A DNA stretch of 64,000 nucleotides from positions 16,127,903 to 16,191,902 of the forward strand of contig CM082577.2 of assembly GCA_040954595.2 (NCBI GenBank), in the 5' to 3' direction. The notes below the pieces were generated by a model. The model was given only the letters and a program-made list of their open reading frames with translations. It ran no database searches and was not told where the DNA came from. The DNA comes from Balanoglossus misakiensis. Taxonomy: Eukaryota > Animalia > Hemichordata. Each line of letters starts with the position of its first letter. Positions within the stretch are counted from its first letter, which is position 1. Position numbers and translations under genes: made by a program. Shown piece after piece: positions 36,403 to 48,573 of the stretch.

Positions 36403-37310
36403 TAGTGCAGGAGCTAAACCCCAAATTTTGGCATAATTGTGCACTTTGGGTTAAAAGCATGAAACTTGGTACACTTATGCATTGACCCATGGCGGCCATT
36501 TTCTGATATGGATCAAAAATGACAGCGCCTTCTAGTGGCCAGAAACAGACATTAATACTTTTAAATCGTGCACTTTGGTTTAAAAGCATGAAACTCGGTA
36601 CACTTATGCATTGACCCATGGCGGCCATTTTCTGATATGGATCCAAAATGACAGCGCCTTCTAGTGGCCAGAAACAGACATTAATACTTTTAAATCGTGC
36701 ACTTTGGTTTAAAAGCATGAAACTTGGTACAATTATTCATTGACCCATGGCGGACATTTTCCAATATGGATCCCAAAATACAGCTCCCTCTAGTGGCTAG
36801 AAACTGACATTCACACTTTTCCCCCATTAATGGCACTTTTTGGTCAAGTTTAACACTCAGACACTGGAATATGGGTTGTAAAACATGCTTGCTACCATAC
36901 ATTCCTCTGTATATTATCCTAATCCTGGTGTACATGTATCAGATCAATCTTGTATGTTACTAATTGAACAATTTGTTCTTCGGTATAACAGAACCAGTTG
37001 AATACACTAAGTCATGCAAAGGGGTAAGACAGCACCTCTTCTCCAAAAAGTCAAGGTTCTTGAGAATATTCCTTCTTCACATGTAGCTCTTAAAGTACAT
37101 GTGCTATGAGAAACCTAGCAAAGCTATATCAAACCAACAGAATCCCAGTGGAAATCAAAGTGGACAACTCTTAGTCAAGCTGGAGAAAAGAGTCAACCTC
37201 AGGAAATCAGTTGCACAAAGTCATGCACATGTTTCTGTAGGTGCTGTAGGTCTAGTCTGACAGCAGTGCTCTGTGTTACTGTCATCAAGGTTGATCTGAT
37301 ACATGTACAT
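36403..37310. mobile_element. Second, truncated copy of the Academ-like element at 3142
   Basis: Same TAGTGCAGGAGCTAAACCCC start, three ~129-bp subterminal units (one more than at 3142) and the LENIPSSHVALKVHV remnant. Lacks the MITE. Confidence 0.8.
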
Positions 37311-37545
37311 TAGCTTGTAAGCTAATTTTCATTTTATGTTGTATCTTTGATTTTTTTAGGCAACTTAAAACTTTACGACATGGTAATACTTTTTCCATTT
37401 TTTTTCAACACAATAACAATAATCAGTAATATTTCTGAAGATTTGAGGGCATGTAATCATGTGAACTCTCAACTGTCCTTGTTACAATGAAAATGTACAT
37501 GTACCAGTAATTGGCTCTTTTAATTAATGTATGATGCATCCCTAG

Positions 37546-40500
37546 AGGAAGAAGTACTGGTTGTCAGCCCTGTCTTCCTAGTGAAAGCAGACAACAAGAG
37601 ACAGTCTGATGTAGTCAGCCACCTTGGATCATGCGCAGTCAAGTTCTGTCAAAAGTGCACCGTAAGTTGATTCTGTATTTTTTGATTAGCATAAATACAT
37701 GTGTAAGAATTCAATTCTGCGTATACATACAGGTCTAAGGTATGTGGGAGTGACTTACTGTCTCAGCAGTATTCTTATTTGAGTATACTATTGTTGGTTA
37801 CATGGTTTGTCCCAATTCACAATGTTTTTTTTACCAGATCTCACAAGTTGATGGTGATGTCAAAACTGTAGGTGATGTTAGAAGTAAAAAGTATGTCAAA
37901 GAAGCTATTGAAAAAATCAAAGAGGTTGAAACTGAGAGGTTTGTAGTACAGACTATGACAGAACTCCATGACCTCAGCCCTCGAGCTGTGCCGTCCATAT
38001 GTTATTTTCATGAGTGATGCGGTTGTATCCTGCGGCCGTACTTTAAAGTACTTGACTGAAAGTGAAGTGAACAGAACCTTGCACCTGCTAGAATTTAATT
38101 TGCTTTCAGCGGTTAAAAACATAATTGAATAACAGATATAAAAATAGCTACAGCTTATTTTGAAAAGAAATGTATATAATCCCTAGATCTTGGATAACAG
38201 TGATGTTGTCTGAATTGGTACAAAGAAAGTAATGTCTTTCAGACTTTTTCCGCCAGTTTACATTATCACATGTGTATTATTTGACAGTGCAAAGAAGACT
38301 ATCAGATCGGAGTATGGAGTAACGGAAGTAGAAAATCCGATGATGAATCTTGATTCTTTTGACAATGCAAGGTATGTATGCAATGAAGTTTTGGATTTAG
38401 CTCAAATTGTTATGAAATTTATGTATTTGGAGTGTTGGGGTAATTTCGTCTGTTTTTTAGCAAAAATCATCATCTCTGAAATGACTTGTTAGTATACTGG
38501 AGTATTTAATTAGTAGCTTTGGAATTTGTCCAGTCTTTGTATAATACACTGTATGTATATCTATGTATCAGTCCACCTATTTATCCACTGTGAAAACTTG
38601 AAATTCACTGTCCATGTTGTAAGTTAGAGTTAGCTGTGGTGATGGAATTTTGGTTGTAGAATGTCGTCGGTGATGATATGTTAAATGTGTCACTTCATTG
38701 CTTGTGTTTTGCATTTCAGATATATAGCATATGAGAGATTGCACAGCATCGAACTTGGTTTTGTGAAAGTTGTCACACAGCTAACAGTTTCCAACATGAC
38801 TCAAAATGGAAAAGATACTGCAGCAGCTAAACTTGAGGTAGTATATTAACTTGTCACGTGGAAACATTTCACCATATTTATCAAATACAAATGTATTGTC
38901 ATCTTCAGAGATTTTAACATAATTCCCTTCATTACAAAACTGTAAAGATGTCTGATTTTAAATTGAGGGTACATTTCTTATAACATTTATGAAAAAGCTT
39001 CTTTTATTGCTAGACTTTCTTTCAAATAGACTGTTCAAATAAGAATGTACATAGTCAATTTGATTAATTTTTATCAAGCTTTTGAGTTTGTTTTAAGTAT
39101 GATCTGTGTCATATTTTCAAAGAGATACATGTAAAATTTTAGTCTTGATCTATTTCAGTTTGCATTAAGTATACGGCTGATTGTGAACAGACAGCAAGCA
39201 ACTTCTCGTCAGTTGCACTTCAGGATAAAAAGATTTCTTATAACTAGTGTTATTGATTTGTAAATATAAAGGGATGTATGTGATACATGTAATATGTTTC
39301 ATGATAGTTTGGGTCACCCAACCTCAATTATATCATATTTAACTTACAGGCTTTCGATTGGAGTGCATACGGAAGAAGACTGTCCCCCTCCTTTATCGAA
39401 AAGCACAAGTCATTTTTAGGCAGGGACTTCAAAGTTTTTGCCCAAGTTGCACCTTTTGTATTAGCTGAATCCATTCTAAGGGAACAACTAAACATATGGC
39501 ATTTGATAAGCAAGGTATCTCTTACAATGTCATCATGCAGTCAGGACGTAAGTGGGGTAATTAAACAGCAGGGGATCATGCAATGCAAACACTTGAACTG
39601 GCCAGTAACGTTTGAATTGCTCATTTGCATACAGTTTTTCAACTTTTTTCACAACGAAAGTTAAGCAACTTGCAACCCATTTCTGACAATTATTTCACCC
39701 CAGGCACATTACTGGTACTATGAGTGTACTACATGTGATTTTTCATGAAGTTTTATCGAGAAGAATTTCTTTACTTCCACTGACAAAATTGTGATCACGA
39801 AATTCAAAGTGACCTTGAAGTTAAAAAATCCAAAAAAAAATATCAGCCATACCCACACAAAAATTAACCCCCTCAGGTTTTAGAAACATTATTAAACTCC
39901 TCTATTCATAATTTTGACATGAATATATCCATGCCGAGAGTCAAGGACCACAATTTACAGTGCCATAGGTCAGTCCTGAGAAGTCAGTCAGCGTGAATAG
40001 TGTATAGACTCCGTATGTAATATGCTAATGAGAGTTAACGACGCGTTGAAAAGGAAGCCATTACGTCATAGGTTAACATGCGTTGACCTACTTCAATGCA
40101 TACACATATGGCAAACACGGCTGTACTCGTCGATGGCGAAGGCAATTTTTACACCGTCATTACTCCACAACGGAGCGGCTCACACTATTATAATTTCACG
40201 GTAACTTAGTTCAATATCTTCCTAACCTACCCAATTTTTTTCAAGACAAGAAATCTTTGCCGAGAGTCAAGGACCACAATTTAAACCAACATACCGAAAC
40301 TGTCTTTCTCGGGAACGCGTCGTTAAAACTTCACGAAAAATCATCCTATCATTGACTATGGTGTTTCATACACGTCTTAGAAAAATGGGTGCACTACGAT
40401 CACTTGTAGTACCGAAAATCTCCGTTTGAAAATTTTTCGAACTGGCCGTAACTGCCACTCAGCGACGTTCACATTCAAATAGATCTCTTTGATCTCACCG

Positions 40501-43500
40501 CCGTAATTACCCCACTTACGTCCTGACTGCATGCTCACGTATATAAACTATATAATGTCACACTGCATGACATGGTTTTTCATAAGACATTTGTTTTATG
40601 AACAAGATATGAATTGATAAATTGTTACACAATGGTCATGCACATACCATTCATTCTTTGGAGAGAAAAAAAAATATTTCAGGATAAATTCGGTTTATGG
40701 ATTCTCCTGATTTGACAACTTGGATTCTCCTGATTCGACAGGTTTTTGTAATAGTAGGTTTATAATAAGGTTACTGTTTCTCATCTTTCTAGGTTTTTAC
40801 CATTGTTCACTCTGACAAATACAATCAGTCAGATGCTGAGAACTTAAAAGCAACTGTCAGTTCTCTGTTGACCAAACTGAAGCAGACCTTCCCAGAAGTC
40901 ATGAGAAAACCAAAGATACACATGTTATCACACCTTGTTGAAGATCTTCATATGTTTGGACCATGCGACTGTTATGACACTGAAAGGTACAGTAGACACA
41001 TGTACATGTATAAACAGCATTCAGGTAGCGTCCCGTGTCGTTGCATGCAGTAAAAGTCTCGATCTCTGGAGAACTGTAGCTGTAGGCCTACTTTAAACTC
41101 AGATAATATTGGACAACTGATATTGTGCTGTTGATGCGCAGAATGTAAAAACTGTTCCCAGTGGTCCACATCCACATTCTGTGCGCCGTATCCCCTACAT
41201 AGGGCCATAGACTCTGCCAGCCATGTAATATCACATTGTTATTTTTTCTATGTCACATGATACGGTCTCAACCAATCAAGAGTACGGAACACAGTGTGAG
41301 GTGTAATAATAAAGTGTGATGTCGGTAAACTTCTATACAATTACCAAAATTTGTATTTATTTCATACCTACTATCAATTGTTCTAGTGTGTGCCAAATTG
41401 GCGTAAGGGATTATCCTTGATACATCACTATTAGTGGGAAGAAGTGTTGGTTATGGTTCCTATGATTTAATAAATGAAGTCATCTTTTAACTCTAATTTG
41501 TTTCACAAATACAGGTGTGAGACATTTATGGGTCTTGTCAGACTAAAATACATATTCTCCAACCACCACCATCCATCAAGGGACCTTGCACTATCCTTTG
41601 GCAGACTGCAGCAGTTGCGCTTTATCCTCAGTGGAGGGATTTGGAAAGATGGTCATAATTATAGGTATGTAGTGACAAAAAATACATTGTACACTAACAT
41701 TTATTATTTACATATTTTTGGAAATATGATGATACTGGGGTCTGTTTCCCATTGTCACCTTGTTTTGATTGTGGCCAAGAGTCTTTTTTTCCTATGACAT
41801 GAGCTCAGTTCCAAATTCGAAACTCACTCACTACCACAAGCACGCCCGAAGCAAGCATGCACACAAAAAGTATTGAGATTCCAAAAATCACCAAGAGACT
41901 AGTGTGCTAGCCTAATACAGGACCATCACTTTGTTACTTTGGTTCATTATACTATGAGGTTATTACGAAAATACTGCAAAGTATGCATGAGGACGTTAGC
42001 ACAGGGTATCGCCCGACGCGTAGCAGAGATGCGCTGCGCTATTGTCCGAGTTCATACTTTGCTGTATTTTCGTAATAACCTCATAGTATAATGTTTGTTA
42101 TGTAGATATGTCTTTAGGGGCATTCCATACATAGACACTTCTGATCTATTGAACGGCTTGATTTTAGGAGGTGTGGCCCCGCCGTAAAGGAAATGTACAA
42201 AAGTGATGTAACTCAAAATTTCCTTAATGGTAAGAGGAAATGCGCACTTCTTGGACCTGTTTTGAAGAAGGTTAGTTGAGGTCATATTGAACAAATCATT
42301 TGTCAGAAGTTACAGTTACCATATCCTTGATGCTTTATGCAGGGTATTTAATTTACAGGGAATGAATTGTATTTTGTAATTTGTCTTTGAGATTTAAAAA
42401 TACAGTACGGCATTAATAATTTATTTACAACAACAACTAAACATAAATCGACATTTTGTCACATATCAAAGAGATGTATCATTTACATGGTTTTATCCTG
42501 TTTTTTTAGTTGACAGAAACAGGGCTTTTTGAAAATGAAAGCAGAATACTGAAAAGGTAAGATAGGTATACTTATGTCTACATAGGGGTTTCAATTCAAC
42601 AACTGGCATGCACACATTCACATGAGTATGTACAATTCATTGACAGTCTTGCTAACTGTCATCAGTGTCATGGAATAAAATGGCCTTTCTTGTCATAGTC
42701 ATTCACCCAAGGTCATGGGAAGTGGCATCAGTGCAATCAGATCTTTCTTCGATTGACTACTTAGCATACTGCTTGATGTGCTGCAATCAAAATAAAAACT
42801 GGAACAAAGTTCTACCCTTTTTTTGTGTGGGAGGGGGGGGGGGGGGAGGGAGAGGCAGATTTTATTATATCGTGAATTTTTTTCATTTAAGTATTTCAAA
42901 TCCCAACTAGTGGTTCTTACACTTATAATATGTGGTCTGGGTACTCGTGTCATTCACATTATTCAAGGACATGGACTATGTAAAGAATAATGAGGTCTTA
43001 ATCAAATGTACGATTACAGCAATAAGATGTTATCTGTTCCATCACAGGAGTCCAGGATTATGGAATAAATCCAGTGACAATGGTGACACTGAAATGCTAT
43101 TCTACAAGGCAGTCGACACGACAAAGGGGATCATCAATGCTGGCGCATACTTGGCATATTATAACACAGATGGACAGGTGATCATCATATTGATGTGATG
43201 ATGTGTGGGGTGTCTACCTTCTCAAATTTGTTAGTTGTTGCCAAAGAGTTTGATAGGGAAATCTGATTTCACCAGCAATTTATACCTCGAATTAACCTTT
43301 TCGCCAGTGGTTTTGTCTTTCCCCAAACTTTTTAGTAAAGTTTACCTCAAAATAGAGCATTGACCATACTTTGACTGATGAATTTTTTTACTTGACTCAA
43401 TAGTAGGGGTAGGTTATCTCGCTATTCTCCATGGGAAGAGTCACAGGCGCACAGTTTACCAGTTGACGTTCAGTGCTAGCATCCTTAATAAAAAAAACAC

Positions 43501-43943
43501 TTCTTTTTACTTGAGAACAACATTTCATAATGTCTGAAATGTAATAAGTTTCAATTGTATCTCTGTACGCTTTTTAACTCTCAAGTATTTTCCAAATGAC
43601 TTGTGAATTATTGACTCTTCTGACCCGTCTCTCATTTACAGTATGTACGAATAATACTTATACAGGTGCCAACATATTTTTTATATTTTGTTTTTAGATT
43701 TCCTATGGAAAACTGATCCGCAGAGTCAGGGTGAAACACACAGCTGGCCACCAAGATGCCTGTGAAGTTTTTCAAATTCTGCCCTGTTCACCGCAAAGAT
43801 ACGACAAATTCAACTGTAGTGTTGTGAAATTATCTGATTATATTTTATTTATTCCTTTGCAGAACATTATTTCAAGACGCGTTTGTATCCAGCATTGTTG
43901 CAAATACACAACTTGTAGAGTGGTTGGGGAAATACCAACATGA
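37546..43943 (+). CDS. Intron-rich CACTA/CMC-like transposase: 11 exons with an open spliced frame, N-terminus not found
   Basis: Exons 37546-37661, 37838-37938, 38288-38371, 38720-38837, 39350-39514, 40793-40986, 41515-41664, 42168-42229, 42517-42556, 43048-43177 and 43698-43943 have compatible phases. Motifs: EEVLVV..KADN..HLGS...FCQKC, ERLHSIELGFVK, SFLGRDFK..AQVAPF, KPKIHMLSHL....FGP....TERCETF, SN..PSRDLA, CIQHCC. Confidence 0.78.
39538..40529. mobile_element. Intronic MITE with 26-bp TIR and a 4-bp TSD (Academ-like terminus)
   Basis: CATG|CAGTCAGGACGTAAGTGGGGTAATTA...TAATTACCCCACTTACGTCCTGACTG|CATG. Confidence 0.8.
41945..42093. repeat. Solo hairpin H3, same family as H4 at 59859
   Basis: CATTATACTATGAGGTTATTACGAAAATAC...GTATTTTCGTAATAACCTCATAGTATAATG, with GA/GA mismatches and a GTA loop. 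Confidence 0.9.
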
Positions 43944-44232
43944 ATCATTATATAAATATTTTAGAGTTAACAATTTTTTCCTTTCAGATGATTTAAATAT
44001 GTAAGAAATCCTGTGTACGGCGATATATTTCCTCTGAAAATCCTCTATCCATTAAGACAATGTGATTACATGTGATGTGCAATGATATTTTGTTTAATAA
44101 AATGCCTTGGATAAATAATGTGTACCTGTATACGCAATATATACATTCATTTACACACAAACATACATAGTTTCCGTCTCAACAGACAAGCATCACATTT
44201 AACAAGCAAAATAAATTGGGTAATCTTGCCAA

Positions 44233-44650
44233 CCCGTGCTGTCAGCAGGTCTGACCGAACAGGTCTGGTGCAGGTCTGCTGCAGGTCTGTTCTGACAGGT
44301 CTGGTGCAAGTCTGACGGGACAGGCCTGCTGCAGGTCTGTTCTGACAGGTCTGCTGCAGGTCTGTTCTGACAGGTCTGGTGCAGGTCTGTTCTGACAGGT
44401 CTGCTGCAGGTCTGTTCTGACAGGCCTGCTGCAGGTCTGTTCTAACAGGTCTGCTGCAGGTCTGACAGGACAGACCTGGTGCAGGTCTGACAGGACAGAC
44501 CTGCACCGGGTCCGACAGGACAGATGTGGTGCAGGTCTGGGGCCATATTGCTGCCCATGACCTGTTGGTCAGACATGCACCGGACATGCACCAGACCTGG
44601 TGCAGACCTGGTGAACTTTAGTTGTGTATTGTACCTTTTTCAGCAGCGGT
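44233..44650. mobile_element. Small element built of tandem and inverted CAGGTCTG subterminal repeats (EnSpm/CACTA-like MITE)
   Basis: More than 20 CAGGTCTG/CAGACCTG-type units. Imperfect termini CCCGTGCTG...CAGCAGCGGT flanked by AA. Confidence 0.55.
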
Positions 44651-44689
44651 AACCGCTTTATAAATAAATTATTATTATTATTGTTTCAG

Positions 44690-45206
44690 GGAAATTGGCA
44701 GTCCGTATTTTGTCAACTTTCCTACCAAGATAGCATGCACTGTATTGTGGTTGATGAGGCACAATGTGTTGTCGAGTGGTAAGTTTTGTTTCCTACTTGA
44801 GTATATATGACATTCTGTTTTTCGTGAGATTTGGCAAGACTTTCATGATAAACGTTAGCAACATGTTGCCTGCTTAGTCTCGGTTACCCAGACTCCTCTG
44901 CTTCTTCCAACCATGATTGTGTAATGGGAGCATACAGCTATAACCCAGGACTTCAATTTTGATGTATTTAAAAAAATATTAGGACAGGACATAATCAAAA
45001 TGTTGTGCATGGACAAATGTGAAGTTATTACAACTGACCTTGACCATGGTAATATCTTTTACCTAGCTATAAGAGCACAATTATCAATAGCTGATACCTT
45101 CTGCTGGATGACAGATGAGTTGAGGACAATAAACCCAAACTGTAAGAAGTACATTATTTACTGCAAAAACATCAATGCATGTGCAGCCTTGTACAAGTAC
45201 TTTTAG
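44690..45206 (+). pseudogene. Second RecQ-like helicase remnant, intron-containing
   Basis: HCIVVDEAQCVVEW|GT at ~44778, then DLDHGNIFY...KKYIIYCKNINACAALYKYF (motif IV). Confidence 0.7.
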
Positions 45207-45789
45207 TTGAGCTGGGTGATGAGGCATTGCAAGGTCGACCGGGCATTCAAAATGCTCTATTTGCCATGTATATATATGATATCTTTGAACAATTTAGATT
45301 ATGATATGTGCATTGTTTTGTTTTTATTCATGGGTTTTATTCTCACAAGGTCAACAATGCAAAACTCACTTTTAACTTCTTGCTTTGTCCAATAGCATTC
45401 ACATCGACCACGTAATCAGGAAATAATGGGACACTTATTTATGCAAAGTTATGGTGAAATAAACAACATTACATTACATCAGTTTGAACATTTACGAAAA
45501 ACAGTATTCCATCCAGATGGAAATGACACTAGCAACGAGAGCGAAGACGACGAATCGACAGAATATGATACTGCCAGACTTACACATACTGATTGAGTAA
45601 GTGTGGGAATTGCATTACCATGTCAACTGTACCAGAATGCATCCACCGTGTTAAACTATCTCAGCTGGCAAACAGGTTTGGGGTAAGCGTCTTTCTTGAG
45701 CTTATAGTCAAAGTTAAATGACGAAAATCTTTCTCACCACTGGATCCTTACATCAAAGAGAGCATGTCATGCTGAATAATTTTGGCTGG

Positions 45790-46380
45790 CTATAAAAGAC
45801 GGGTAACAAGAGAGTAAAGAAGACTCCACAGTTGAGGTCTTTGCCACCAACGTTACACCAGAGTCCTTTGATAAAAATGTGAAAAGGGCATATATTCATC
45901 AGCAGCAATTCGAACAGGATCCACCAACCACAGAATTTGGCTTACCGATCTTTTATTTCCCGTGAAAACTCGGGCTGTTTTTCTTTCGCCAATTGAGGCG
46001 AACATTGTCCAAAAATTGGTCGCCACATTTGATTTCAATTCGCATTTGCAAAAGTTGCCTGGGGTTCAATAAGGGTAATTGCAAATTTGGGCCTACATGT
46101 AATTATGCCCATATCTGCCTAGATTCTTCATGCAGAAAACCCCATCCCCAAACTGTCCATGATGCTACCCCCTTCCCCAGTTCAAAAAACTAATAATAAG
46201 CTTCACTTCCAAACTCTTTCCTGCCCAACCCACCTACCACTGAGTTCTCCCTTAATGATTCTATTTTGCAATCGGAGATAAAAATGATCCTAATGCCGAT
46301 TTCCTTGTGAAGGGCATCTGGGAATTGGCTTGCACATCATTTATAATACCTCCCATTTGCAACCAGGTTACACAAGAAAT
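45790..46380 (+). pseudogene. Old DIRS/Ngaro-like gag zinc-finger remnant
   Basis: CLGFNKGNCKFGPTCNYAHIC...C..PH followed by DPNADFLVKGI. This parallels the gag/RT junction of the element at 19031-24667. Confidence 0.55.
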
Positions 46381-46403
46381 TATCATCAGCATCCACTGCG
46401 TCA

Positions 46404-48480
46404 ATGCCGGAGAACAGTCATGTAAGTCAAACCCCACATTATAGCCGACAAATATCGAGAAATATCAATTTGCCAAAACTCACACTGACCCCGTTCAGTG
46501 GTGATATTCTCGAATGGCAATGTTTCAAAGATGGGTTTGATGCCGCCATCCACAACGACACGAGCCTAGGTAATATTCAGAAGTTTCAGTATCTGCAAGC
46601 ACACCTACGTGGGGAGGCAGCAAGAACCATCGAGAGGTTACCACTGACCAACCGGAACTACATAGCAAGCAATCGACTTACTGTGTAAGAGGTATGGACA
46701 ACTACAGCAAATCATCAGCACCTACATAAAAGCATTATGGCAGCTGGGTCACTGAACAGTCCTGTAACTTTTCATGACACTAGAAAGTTACATTCGAGGC
46801 TTAAGTGCACTCTGAAAGACAGAAGGCAGTTACAGAGACCTGTTGATCCCCATCATTCTGGAGAAGTTGCCTGCGAACATGCGAAGACAGATTTCCAAAG
46901 ACAAGTGCGACGAAGAATGGACACTAAAGAAGGTGAGAGATGCCATTCAACGTGAGATAGAAGCCGACACAGCTGGTGAACCCATTATCGACCTTCAATT
47001 CGAAGATTTCGATCAGCCTCTAGCCACAGCTGCATTTCTGACGACAGAGACCAGTGAAATTACAACAGTGTGCCTTCTGCAAGAACAATGATCACAATCA
47101 GCAGATTGCAACGTCGTCATCGACAAGAGACAAGAGAAGTTGTCAAAAGGGACAAGCTATGCCAGATTTGCATACGCAAACACCACACCACCATATGTAC
47201 ATGAGAGATAACGGAACATCCAGCCACGTCGAGGGATTACATCAAGACACTTGTATCGTCCGATGCCAGTAGAAGTACGACAGTGCTGTTGCAGATGGAC
47301 GTTGCGGACATCGCGGCCAAAGGATCCACGACAAGGGATTCAGCAACGCTGCTATTCGACGATGGATCACAAAAAAGTTTCATAGCCGAAGGGACAGCAA
47401 GATCACTTGGTATAGACATTGACATTTGTAACTCAGAGACAGTAAATGTTTCTACACTAGGGGCAAAGTCAACTAGTTTGTGATCAATGAAGATAACAGA
47501 AATCACTGTAATCACACCGGGTGGATCAAATGCAGGTATTTCCGCTTTAGTTGTACCTAAGATTACTACACCACTTAGAAATCATTTGGGATCTAGTGAT
47601 GATAGTGCAGATGGCCGCATTTGCAGGGTTTACATTTGGCTCATCCTGTGACTGACTGACAATTTCGAAATTTCTGTTTTAGTTGATGCTGATCACTATT
47701 ATTCATTTGTTGGTGACCATATTATCAGGGGTAATGGGCCCACTGCAGTTTCTTCAAAAAATTGGGTAATTTGTTGTAGGGCCCCGTAACATCACACAGT
47801 CCCGATTCTGTTCCCACTTCTACTGTAATGCATGTTGCCACACACACATCCACAGAAGACTGCCTACAGGAAAACGTTTGAAAAGTTGAGAGCATTACCA
47901 ACGAGTATGAGTATTGTCCTACAAAGGACAATCCAGCAGATATGCTGTCTCGCGAAATCCAGACAGTTCAGCTCACCAATAACAAAATGTGGTGGCAGGG
48001 ACCACAGTGGTTGAAATCGGCTGACTGGCCTGTTTGTCAAGTTTTTGATAACCAGGTGTTGCACATTACTGAGGGTTCCGACGTTCACGAAATTGCGCGT
48101 AGCCACGTTTCTATCCATAATGGTGTAACTGACGTCATCAGTTCATCAAACTACAGTTCTCTCACTTAGTTTCTACACGAAACTGCCTATCTTACGGTTT
48201 CTACGTAATTTGAAAGTCAAGAAGCAAGACCGTCAACTGTCTGCCTTGACCGCGACAGAGATAGACACAACAGAGAAACTGTGGATTCGTGAAGTTCAAA
48301 ACCGCGCTTACTCATCAGAGATACAGACTTAGCGCACAAAGCAAAAATCTGCAGATCTCAGGGAAAGGGGCCTCACAGAATCAGATTTGGGTGGTGGATG
48401 TAGTCCTTGTGGAGGACAAATCTGTACTCTTAAGTCACAGGTTAATCAATGTCTTAACACCATTGTTCTACCAGTAGGAG
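46404..48480 (+). mobile_element. BEL/Pao LTR-retrotransposon internal remnant (gag, protease, RNase H end; RT deleted)
   Basis: LPKLTLTPFSGDILEWQCF...IQKFQYL (DUF1759-like), CAFC, LLFDDGSQKSFI (protease), CPTKDNPADMLSR...WWQGPQWL and DVVLVED. No LTRs recognised. Confidence 0.88.
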
Positions 48481-48573
48481 GTGTTATTAAATGTTAGGGT
48501 TCAAACTTGGCTATATATACTGTTCATTTTAGACATTAAAGTAGAGGCCACATTTGACATCCCAACGAAGTAC

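Noticed and set aside
35961-36485. Several 83-174 aa ORFs (MYVCMYVC / HTYIHTYI)
   Set aside because: Translations of the (TATG)n microsatellite.
44147-44587. 146-aa repetitive ORF (QTCTRPVRTDL)
   Set aside because: Translation of CAGGTCTG tandem repeats; no independent coding evidence.
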